Below are positions 9,824-17,996 of a DNA stretch of 44,878 nt, piece by piece (position 1 is the stretch's first letter; each line of letters starts with the position of its first letter). This DNA is from a candidate division WOR-3 bacterium. GTDB lineage: Bacteria; Hydrothermota; Hydrothermia; LBFQ01. The notes beneath the pieces are model-generated. The model saw only the letters and a program-made list of their open reading frames with translations. It was not told the DNA's origin and ran no database searches. The position numbers and the translations under genes are program-made. Location of the stretch: the NCBI GenBank assembly GCA_039802605.1, contig JBDRWW010000011.1, positions 1 through 44,878 on the forward strand. The letters are read 5' to 3'.

Positions 9824-11536
9824 TCAACGCCTTATAACCTTTTTGACCTTACCATCTTTTACGATAAAATAAACACCTTTGTTCTCAATTCCCTTTACAA
9901 TTTTACCATCAACCCTATAAACCTTTCCCCCATTTTTCGTTAATTTTGATATTTCCTCATCAACGGATGTTAAGCAAACATTTATCAAAGAGGGTTGCGA
10001 AACCATATACATCATGAAATCACCCGAGTTTATAGCGTTATTTTCATCAACATCAAACCACAAAGCGACCAAAAGGTCATATGTTCCCGCCGGAGTCCCC
10101 GATGGTACAACAAATATTCTACTCCCCGTAGAAGAACCAGAAGGTACGGTTATTTTTCTATCGTTGGGTGGGTCACTGTAATAACTACCGTTATAAAGGG
10201 ATGCCCCTATCATTATCTGGTTATGCGTATCTTCTGCGTAATTCCGAATATTCACATATATGGTGAATGTATCCCCTATGCAAACATTTGTGGGACTCGC
10301 GCTTATGGAGGTTATATACATAGGCGTGGATAACCTATATCCTCCGGGCGAATAGTAATGCTCGTTTATCCACTTCCAAGTATAACCGTTATTCGCCCAC
10401 CTCGATGAACCCCATTGGCACATACCCCTCCCGTGTCCATAACAGGAATGACCCGTGCAAACCGGATCGGATATACAAGGCCAATAAACCCCATCCCCAC
10501 ACCCGCAATCATTGTTTTCGGCCGAATATTCGGATCTCGCTATAGTTCCGGAGTTTTCAAGCATTATGCCCGATGTATATATCGCCGCGTTTACGGTTGA
10601 TGAATAACTATCACTCGGATCCCAAACCTGGCAACAAGCGCTATTGCAAATATCGTAGGAGGAGTTTATGGGGTTTAAAACATGCCAGGCACCATAAGAC
10701 CTATAAGGGATAGCCCCAGCCCTCAGGGAATGAGCATTCCAACTGGCTATCCATTCATCGTCAAGACCGTATTGTACATATGTTTCAAGGGATACTATAC
10801 TTACGGATGAGCAACTCCTGCAACTGCAATTTGTTCCAACCTTTATGGTTGAAGGGGGGATAAGTAGGGGAGCATGCAATTCGTAATCTTCATCGGAAGG
10901 GGTAAAGGATTTTTTTTTAAAATCTTCCGATTGCTTTTCAATATTTATGCCGTGTTCCTTTTTCTTTATTACCCTACCGTTCCCGGGGGACAGTTGGGCG
11001 TTCAATCTTTGAACACCTTCCAATATGAATATACCGGTTTTTTCAAAGGTTGTGTATCCGTTTTTACTGAATATAACCTTGCCTTCTAAGGGTTTTTCAC
11101 CGTTGGAGCCCTTTACCGGAAATTCAACATAGTAATAACCTTTGTTATCGGTTTTCGCGTTATAGGATCCATAAGGGGTATTCACTTGCACGTTTACACC
11201 TTCCAGCGGGGTGCGCGTCTTTTCATCAACAACCCAACCGTACCATATGGCATACCCGTTTTTCGGTTTTGGGGGTTGGGGTATTTCCAAGGGCATAAGC
11301 ATAAAGTTTATATCTTTGGGTGTGGTTTTATCCACATTTAGCGTGGTTTTTAGTTCCCTGTATCCCTTTGCCTCAACGCTTATGCTGTATTTACCCTCTT
11401 TGAGGTCCAAGGTCAAAAACCCGTTTTCCGTGGTTTTATGGACTGTATCGTTTATCTTTACGGTTGCCCTTATCCCATACCCCGTTATAGCATCCGTTAT
11501 GCTGAAATTTATCGTATAAGAAAACAAAACCAACAT
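9824..11536 (-). CDS. Secreted SpoIID/LytB-domain protein with carboxypeptidase-regulatory-like domains and short T9SS-like tag
   Basis: LETYV---L--EW--SW---SL-AGA---RSY; YDIC---CCQV; GHGRGMCQWG; tail VYRVDGKIV...KGVYFIV. Start placed at MLVLFSY (11536). Confidence 0.85.
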   Translation of the reverse strand: MLVLFSYTINFSITDAITGYGIRATVKINDTVHKTTENGFLTLDLKEGKYSISVEAKGYRELKTTLNVDKTTPKDINFMLMPLEIPQPPKPKNGYAIWYGWVVDEKTRTPLEGVNVQVNTPYGSYNAKTDNKGYYYVEFPVKGSNGEKPLEGKVIFSKNGYTTFEKTGIFILEGVQRLNAQLSPGNGRVIKKKEHGINIEKQSEDFKKKSFTPSDEDYELHAPLLIPPSTIKVGTNCSCRSCSSVSIVSLETYVQYGLDDEWIASWNAHSLRAGAIPYRSYGAWHVLNPINSSYDICNSACCQVWDPSDSYSSTVNAAIYTSGIMLENSGTIARSEYSAENNDCGCGDGVYWPCISDPVCTGHSCYGHGRGMCQWGSSRWANNGYTWKWINEHYYSPGGYRLSTPMYITSISASPTNVCIGDTFTIYVNIRNYAEDTHNQIMIGASLYNGSYYSDPPNDRKITVPSGSSTGSRIFVVPSGTPAGTYDLLVALWFDVDENNAINSGDFMMYMVSQPSLINVCLTSVDEEISKLTKNGGKVYRVDGKIVKGIENKGVYFIVKDGKVKKVIRR

Positions 11537-11544
11537 AATCGTAT

Positions 11545-11572
11545 ATTTTAAAGGTGATTTCAACCTTATCAT
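11545..11572. promoter_or_regulatory. Back-to-back promoter pair within 28 bp
   Basis: Minus: CACCTT-TAAAAT (11556-11545). Plus: CAACCT-TATCAT (11561-11572). Confidence 0.7.
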
Positions 11573-11579
11573 ACCCAAA

Positions 11580-12032
11580 ATGATTGAGGGGGTTAAAGTA
11601 AAGGCGTTAAGGGTGATCCCCGACGATAGGGGAAGGCTTGCGGAGATTTTGAGGGTTGATGATGATATATTTGAGGGTTTCGGGCAGGTTTATTATACCA
11701 CCGCCTATCCGGGTGTTGTAAAGGCTTGGCATGCGCACAGATTTCAAACGGATTTCATAACCTGTATTCATGGAATGATAAAACTCGTTTTATACGATGA
11801 TAGGGAAAACAGCCCCACAAAAGGGGAAATAAACGAGTTTTACATAGGAATACATAACCCCATACTCGTAAAAATTCCCCCCCTCGTTTGGCATGGGTTT
11901 AAAAACATCGGCCTTGAAGAGGCAATAGTTATAAACATCATCACAAAACCTTACAACCAAAAAAATCCGGATGAACTTAGAAAACCTGCACATGGAGTTA
12001 TCCCTTACGATTGGAGTAGAAAGGATAGATAG
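11580..12032 (+). CDS. rfbC: dTDP-4-dehydrorhamnose 3,5-epimerase family (cupin)
   Basis: DDRG, PGVVKAWHAH, DDRENSPT, IPPLVWHGF. Confidence 0.88.
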   Translation: MIEGVKVKALRVIPDDRGRLAEILRVDDDIFEGFGQVYYTTAYPGVVKAWHAHRFQTDFITCIHGMIKLVLYDDRENSPTKGEINEFYIGIHNPILVKIPPLVWHGFKNIGLEEAIVINIITKPYNQKNPDELRKPAHGVIPYDWSRKDR

Positions 12033-14045
12033 TTAAACCAACTCCCCCATTTCCCTTAATTTATCCCTAATAACCATAGCCTTTTCAAATTCCAAATTTT
12101 CCGCGTAAAATGTCATCATTTTCTTCAATTCCTTCAAAGCCTTATGTCTTGGGTATTCCCTTAGAATTTCGTTTATTTTCTCCTCAAAATCCTCTTCCCC
12201 TTTTGTCAATACCCTTTCATCCGCAACTTCCGTGGCTTTTAATATCTCTTCCCTACTCTTCTTTATGGTTCTTGGAATAATACCATATTTCCTATTGTAT
12301 TCCAACTGGATTTTCCTCCTCCTTTCCGTTTCCTCAATTGCCTTTTTCATCGCTTCGGTGATCTCGTCGGCGTATAGTATTACTTTACCCGCCGCATTCC
12401 TTGCGGCTCTACCAATGGTCTGTATTAAGGCGGTGTATGACCTTAAGAATCCGGCCTTGTCGGCATCCGTTATCGCAACCAAAGAAACTTCTGGAAGATC
12501 CAAACCCTCCCTCAAAAGATTAACGCCCACCAAAACATCTATATTTCCAAGCCTCAAATCCCTTAAAATTTTAACCCTCTCTATCGCGTCCAATTCGGAA
12601 TGCAGATAACCCGCCCTTATGCCAACCTCTCTAAGGTAATCGGAAACTTCTTCCGCAGACCTCTTTGTTAAGGTGGTTATAAGTACCCTCTCACCCCTAT
12701 CAATGGTTTTCCTTATCTCTTCCAAAAGGTTGTCCATCATGTTTTCCAATGGCCTAACCTCAACAATGGGGTCGGGTATTCCCGTAGGTCTAACTATCTG
12801 TTCAACCACCTCTCCACCCGTTAGTTCAAGTTCAAAGGGTCCGGGTGTTGCGGACATGAATATAACTTGCTTTAATAAAGACATAAGTTCTTCAAACTTT
12901 AAAGGTCTGTTATCCAAAGCCGATGGGAGTCTAAAACCGTATTCTATTAAATTTAACTTCCTCGTTTTATCCGCCTCGTACATAGCCCTTAATTGTGGGA
13001 TGGTTACATGGGATTCGTCAATAACGGTTAGGAAATCATCGGGGAAATAATCTATTAGCGTCCAAGGTCTTTCTCCGGGTTTCCTACCGGTTATATGCCT
13101 TGAATAGTTTTCTATTCCCGGGCAAGTTCCGGTTGTCCGCAAAAGTTCAATATCGTATTTCGTTCTCTGTTCAAGTCTCTGAGCCTCAAGGAATTTACCC
13201 TGTTCCCTCAATTCCCTTAACCTCTTCTGCAATTCCATTTCTATGCTTTTTATGGCCCTCTCCAACCTATCCTCACCTCCTAAGAAGTGCGCGGCTGGGT
13301 ACAATAGGTACTCTTTTAATTCCCTTATAACCTTTAAGGTTGTAGGTTCCAACATCCTAATCCTGTCTATCTCATCACCCCAAAACTCAACCCTTAAAAT
13401 AAACTCCTCGTAGGCCGGGATTATATCAACCACATCACCCTTTATCCTAAACCTTCCCCTTTGTAAGTCTATATCGTTCCTCTCATACCTCAAATTTACG
13501 AGTTTCAATGCGAAATCCTTTAAATTCCACCTATCCCCAACCCTTATATGTAGGAAACTCTCCCTTATTACATTTGGGTCATCCAAGGAATATATCGCCG
13601 AAACCGAAGCCACGACTATAACATCCTCACGGGTCATAAGTGAAGAAACGGTTCTAAGCCTTAGCCTTTCAATGTCGTCGTTTATAGTCGCCTCCTTTGG
13701 TATGTATGTATCCGTTTGGGGGATATACGCCTCCGGTTGATAGTAGTCGTAATAAGAAATGAAGTATTCAACGGCGTTTTCTGGGAAAAGGGCTTTTAAC
13801 TCCCCATAAAGTTGAGCCGCCAATGTTTTGTTATGAGAAAGTATTAGGGTTGGTTTTCCGGTTCTCGCTATAACATGGGCTATCGTGTAAGTTTTTCCGG
13901 TTCCCGTTGCACCTAAGAGAACGGAAAACCTTTCGCCGCTTTTAATCCTCTCAACCAGTTGTTCAATGGCCTTTGGTTGATCCCCAGCGGGTTCAAAAGG
14001 TGCGTGTAATACAAAGGGGGAACCCTCAAACCTATATACGGGCAT
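12033..14045 (-). CDS. uvrB: Excinuclease ABC subunit B
   Basis: GDQP, GATGTGKT, YYDYYQPEAY, DESH, LREGLDLPEV, QTIGRAARN, C-terminal UVR domain. Confidence 0.98.
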   Translation of the reverse strand: MPVYRFEGSPFVLHAPFEPAGDQPKAIEQLVERIKSGERFSVLLGATGTGKTYTIAHVIARTGKPTLILSHNKTLAAQLYGELKALFPENAVEYFISYYDYYQPEAYIPQTDTYIPKEATINDDIERLRLRTVSSLMTREDVIVVASVSAIYSLDDPNVIRESFLHIRVGDRWNLKDFALKLVNLRYERNDIDLQRGRFRIKGDVVDIIPAYEEFILRVEFWGDEIDRIRMLEPTTLKVIRELKEYLLYPAAHFLGGEDRLERAIKSIEMELQKRLRELREQGKFLEAQRLEQRTKYDIELLRTTGTCPGIENYSRHITGRKPGERPWTLIDYFPDDFLTVIDESHVTIPQLRAMYEADKTRKLNLIEYGFRLPSALDNRPLKFEELMSLLKQVIFMSATPGPFELELTGGEVVEQIVRPTGIPDPIVEVRPLENMMDNLLEEIRKTIDRGERVLITTLTKRSAEEVSDYLREVGIRAGYLHSELDAIERVKILRDLRLGNIDVLVGVNLLREGLDLPEVSLVAITDADKAGFLRSYTALIQTIGRAARNAAGKVILYADEITEAMKKAIEETERRRKIQLEYNRKYGIIPRTIKKSREEILKATEVADERVLTKGEEDFEEKINEILREYPRHKALKELKKMMTFYAENLEFEKAMVIRDKLREMGELV

Positions 14046-14056
14046 AAAGGTATATC

Positions 14057-15424
14057 TTACAAGACCTTATCCAAAATGCTCAGTATTAAAGAAAGGATTA
14101 ATACATTGCTGAAAACCGTTTGTAGTTGGGCGGTATAAAAGTCCAACATTCCATGCTGTATGAAGTTTGGTTTAAACGCCCAGGATATGTTTCTAAGGGC
14201 TTGGGGGAGGGTTAGATAAACGGCCAAAGACCATAAAGGCCATATACCGAAGGCTATCATTATGGGTACTAGTATGTAGGCCGACAGTATTAGGAATGCG
14301 TAATAATACCTTGATACTTTCGGACCCATTATTCCGGCCAATGTTTTGTATCCCGCCCTCTGATCGTCATAAATATCCCTCATGTTATTCCCGTGCAAGA
14401 TTCCAACTATTAACAAGGATACCGGCATATAACCGAGGAAGGCTTTGGCATCCAAAGCTTGCGTTTGAATGTAATAAGCACCGGTGGATATCAAAGACCA
14501 TGCGAGGAATACCGCAACATCCCCTAATGCCAAGTATTTCCAACCTACCGGGATAAAGGCGTAAAAGAAACCGAGGACAAAGCCAAACAATATTAGATAT
14601 AGTAAAACCCTATCAAAACCCAAAAGATACCACAATGTCAAACCGGATAATAGGGCTACGGCGTACAGAACCAAGGATACCGCCAAAACCTCGGAAGGTT
14701 TTAAAAGGTTATCAACAATAACCCTACTTGAACCGAGGGTATCCCACCTATCCGCACCCTTCTTGTAATCAAAGTAATCGGCACTCGCATTTACCGCCAA
14801 GTGTACGGAAACCGCACCTATCAAGGTTAGTATAAACCTTAACGGATCAAACTTTCCGGATAAAAGTGTTCCCACTATTACGGCGGCCACGGTGGCGTAT
14901 ATTACCCAAGGCCTTGTAGCCTGAATGTACAGCTTCCACTTTGGGGTTTTTGGATATATTTCCTTTAACTTTTTGAAATCATCCTCGTTAAATTCTATCT
15001 CAAACCTAGGAATCCAACCTTTGGAGAAATCGCTGACGAAAACCTTTGTGGGGACTATCCTTACCACCGTTGTTTCGGGTACGGCTTTTAAAAAGGGTAT
15101 TATTGGAAAGTTCTTCCTAACCACAATTGTCCTCTCTCTGTCGTATTTACTTGTAGGCCCTATTATTTCAGCCCTTCCATATCCCTGTATAAACCTATCC
15201 GGAGAGCCCTTTTCGATTACGAAATAAACCTCGGGGTTTTCCTTTATGTTGTTAAGCGTATGCCCCTTGTCCTCCAAAATCACATATATATATCCGTCCT
15301 CATCCCCCAAATAGGTCTTTGCAGACCAAACCTTTCCGTTTTTATCTTTTGTGGTTATGGTTATTGTATTGTTTTCCCTTAATATCTCGGCGTACCTTTT
15401 CAACATCTCTTCCCTAGTAAGCAT
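14057..15424 (-). CDS. menA: MenA/UbiA prenyltransferase fused to an N-terminal pyridoxamine-phosphate-oxidase-like domain
   Basis: RPW, N---DYFDYKKGAD, NNMRD--DD---G-KTLA; N-terminal HTL-NI--NPEV split-barrel pattern. Confidence 0.85.
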   Translation of the reverse strand: MLTREEMLKRYAEILRENNTITITTKDKNGKVWSAKTYLGDEDGYIYVILEDKGHTLNNIKENPEVYFVIEKGSPDRFIQGYGRAEIIGPTSKYDRERTIVVRKNFPIIPFLKAVPETTVVRIVPTKVFVSDFSKGWIPRFEIEFNEDDFKKLKEIYPKTPKWKLYIQATRPWVIYATVAAVIVGTLLSGKFDPLRFILTLIGAVSVHLAVNASADYFDYKKGADRWDTLGSSRVIVDNLLKPSEVLAVSLVLYAVALLSGLTLWYLLGFDRVLLYLILFGFVLGFFYAFIPVGWKYLALGDVAVFLAWSLISTGAYYIQTQALDAKAFLGYMPVSLLIVGILHGNNMRDIYDDQRAGYKTLAGIMGPKVSRYYYAFLILSAYILVPIMIAFGIWPLWSLAVYLTLPQALRNISWAFKPNFIQHGMLDFYTAQLQTVFSNVLILSLILSILDKVL

Positions 15425-15432
15425 AGGTGGAT

Positions 15433-15444
15433 ATTATACTTTTG
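15433..15444 (-). promoter_or_regulatory. Promoter motif of menA
   Basis: CAAAAG-TATAAT, 8 nt before ATG 15424. Confidence 0.7.
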
Positions 15445-15493
15445 AAAAATTTTTGGCTTAAAGATTATCTAATTCCATACCTAACCGTGTGAG

Positions 15494-16213
15494 TTATACA
15501 TTTGAAAAGTCCTTTGGCTTAAAGTTCTTAGGGTTTAAAACCTTAACATCTTTGCCGTCCTTATGCTTTAAAACGATAAGCCCCCTTTTGTTGGCATACC
15601 TATCCGCAAATTGGTGGAACTTCATCCCCGCAACCGCACCGTACAACTTATAACCTTTGTACTCGGGGAAAAACTTTAAAAACCTTTTCTCCAACTCTTC
15701 AACAAACTCATCAACATCATCAACCCTTAATGTGGTTTTCACCTCCAAAACGATAACATAATCATCACCTAAAACAAGCCCGTCTATTTCCATACTATCA
15801 CCATCCATTTTACTCTTTAAATTTTCTCTAACCCTAAAACCCTCAAACCCTAACTCTTTAAATGCATACTCCAAACCCTCCCTTATTGTATCTTCCGTGT
15901 AGTCTTTCCAAATGCCGTTAAAATCGGCTACCGCTCTGGTTGTGTTCCTTACCTCTTCGGAAACTTTACTTATTTGAATACTTAACTTTTTTATTTGTTC
16001 ATCCGTTTCAGCCTGTCTCTCAGCAAGTTCTTTTAGTTTTTTATCCGTCTCCTCCTGTCTTTTTGCAAGGCTTTCAACCAATTTCCTCGTTTCCTTTAAC
16101 ATCTTATCCGTTTCCTCTTGGCTCTTTGCCAACCTGTCAAGCCTCTCGTCAACATCATCAAGCCTTTTGCCTACTTCCTTTAATATTTCCCATATCTCCT
16201 TAGAGTTCTCCAT
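15494..16213 (-). CDS. Coiled-coil repeat plus PD-(D/E)XK nuclease-like protein (DUF3782-like)
   Basis: Repeated Q(E/A)ETD heptads; MEIDGL...VLEVKTTL---DV; FPEY---KLYGAVAG. Start placed at MENSKE. Confidence 0.8.
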   Translation of the reverse strand: MENSKEIWEILKEVGKRLDDVDERLDRLAKSQEETDKMLKETRKLVESLAKRQEETDKKLKELAERQAETDEQIKKLSIQISKVSEEVRNTTRAVADFNGIWKDYTEDTIREGLEYAFKELGFEGFRVRENLKSKMDGDSMEIDGLVLGDDYVIVLEVKTTLRVDDVDEFVEELEKRFLKFFPEYKGYKLYGAVAGMKFHQFADRYANKRGLIVLKHKDGKDVKVLNPKNFKPKDFSNV

Positions 16214-16222
16214 ACAACGAGA

Positions 16223-16277
16223 ATTATAAACCCGCAAAGTCTCTATGTCCCCACAAAAACTTTTTCAGCCTTAGAAT
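16223..16277. promoter_or_regulatory. Divergent promoter pair
   Basis: Minus: CGGGTT-TATAAT (16234-16223). Plus: CAGCCT-TAGAAT (16266-16277). Confidence 0.7.
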
Positions 16278-16286
16278 ATTAGCGCT

Positions 16287-16649
16287 ATGCTTTGGCTTAT
16301 AAGTTTTACTTGGATAACTCCGCATTGGCTTAACGATTATATAAAATCCGGGAAGGGAAAGGCCATAATAATAGATGTAAGGACACCCGCGGAACATCAG
16401 ATGGGGTTTATCCCGGGAACCCATATGTTAATACCCCACAATCAGATAGCCGCAAGGATAAATGAAATAAAGGCGGATCCCAATAAGGATACCATAATAG
16501 TTTATTGCAGATCCGGAAACCGCTCCACAATAGCGGCAAGAATCCTTGAATCAAAGGGTTTTAAGTATGTATTAAACCTCAAAGGTGGGATAAACGCTTG
16601 GCAACAAGAAGGTTATAAGGTTGTGAAACCAAAAGGAGGTGAAAGATGA
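16287..16649 (+). CDS. Rhodanese-like protein
   Basis: IIDVR---E---GFIPG, YCRSGNRS, LKGG--AW. Confidence 0.92.
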   Translation: MLWLISFTWITPHWLNDYIKSGKGKAIIIDVRTPAEHQMGFIPGTHMLIPHNQIAARINEIKADPNKDTIIVYCRSGNRSTIAARILESKGFKYVLNLKGGINAWQQEGYKVVKPKGGER

Positions 16650-16849
16650 AAAGGAATGTGGGAACGGTTGATAGGGTTATAAGGGTTATAGTAGGGCTTT
16701 TGGCATTTGGTGGCATATTTTTCGTAAGTACCATCTGGTTAAAGGTTTTACTCGGCATAGTTGGTATAGTTATGCTATTCACGGCGGCCACCGGATTCTG
16801 CGCGCTATACACGCTGTTTGGTATATCAACCTGCCCGGCTAAAAAATAA
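16646..16849 (+). CDS. DUF2892 (YgaP-like) small membrane protein
   Basis: NVG--DR--R, TA--GFC-LY-LFGISTC; SD AAGGAGGT. Confidence 0.9.
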   Translation: MKRNVGTVDRVIRVIVGLLAFGGIFFVSTIWLKVLLGIVGIVMLFTAATGFCALYTLFGISTCPAKK

Positions 16850-17094
16850 CACTTATATCCCTTCTAATATCACCACCAGAAGACAAAATCCAGCATATTG
16901 GGGTTGGTTTTATAGTTTTTGCGGTTTCGTATAACGCCACAAAGGACAAAAGGGCATCCTTAGGTGTTAGTGTAAGCGTAGGTTTATTAAAAGAGGTTTG
17001 GGATAAGGTATCAAAGAGAGGGGATTCGGAAGTTTTAGATTTTGTATATACCGCATTCGGGGGTGTGGTTGGGTACTTGGTGGTCAGCCGTTAA
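16846..17094 (+). CDS. YfiM/DUF2279-like small membrane protein with putative ATA start (absent from the ORF track)
   Basis: 82-aa open frame ITLISLLISPPEDKIQHIGVG...GLLKEVWD...DFVYTAFGG; ATA overlaps the upstream TAA. Confidence 0.75.
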   Translation: MTLISLLISPPEDKIQHIGVGFIVFAVSYNATKDKRASLGVSVSVGLLKEVWDKVSKRGDSEVLDFVYTAFGGVVGYLVVSR

Positions 17095-17996
17095 GAGGGA
17101 CTTAACCCTTGTATTAGTCTTTTCTTTCTCTCAATCCGCAAATTTTTTCTAAAAGTCGCCTCTTTGAATATCCTCTCATCCGCCGCATATGTTTCAAGGT
17201 GTTCTTTTCTATCAACCAATACCATGCTAACAAATGTATGGGTAGCCATATACCTCTTATCGCTTATAGGGTCTTTGCCAAAAACCCATACCTCAACCTC
17301 CGCGGATGTTTTCCAAACGGCGTTTAACCTTGTAAATATCTCTATTATGTGAGAGGACCTTATGGGGTGCAGGAAAATGGTTTCGTCAATTGATGCCGTA
17401 ACCATAGGTTTTTTTGAATATTCAATTGATGTTATAGCCGCCAATTGATCCACATACTCCAAGAGCTTTGCCCCAGACATCATGTCAAAGAAAAACACAT
17501 CTTCCATACTTATACCATAAACCGTGCGTAAGTCATAACTTTCTGGTTCGTAAAGGTTTTTAAAACTTTCCCTTAGCGAATTTATCTTTCCCTTTATCTC
17601 CCTTTCAAGGGTTGGGGAAGGGTTCTTGTAATCGTGGGGAACAACACAGGCGTTTTCATCCACGGAAACAAATGTCAATTCCGCCGCCGTCGTTAGATTC
17701 TCCTCATCGCTTTGGGGATTTCTTGAATATACCGCCACCTTCACCGTTATGGTGTGTTTGGTTGAAAACAATGGAGATATATTTATGCTAACCATATCCC
17801 CAACCCTTATGGGGTTTAAAAAGTCAAAACTGCCCATATAACCGAGGAGGACAGGCCTTTTAACAAGATCTGAGGCGAAAATTGAAGACGACCTGATAAC
17901 CCAATTCATCAACCTCCCACCAAATAAATACCCCAAGACATTGGCATCCTGGGGAAATACCCAATAAACGGTTTCAAAATCCCCCTTAAACCTCAT
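17091..17996 (-). CDS. Double hotdog acyl-CoA thioesterase
   Basis: VFPQDAN--G-LFGG; second domain with VTASIDE--F--P and TSAEVEV. Confidence 0.88.
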   Translation of the reverse strand: MRFKGDFETVYWVFPQDANVLGYLFGGRLMNWVIRSSSIFASDLVKRPVLLGYMGSFDFLNPIRVGDMVSINISPLFSTKHTITVKVAVYSRNPQSDEENLTTAAELTFVSVDENACVVPHDYKNPSPTLEREIKGKINSLRESFKNLYEPESYDLRTVYGISMEDVFFFDMMSGAKLLEYVDQLAAITSIEYSKKPMVTASIDETIFLHPIRSSHIIEIFTRLNAVWKTSAEVEVWVFGKDPISDKRYMATHTFVSMVLVDRKEHLETYAADERIFKEATFRKNLRIERKKRLIQGLSPS

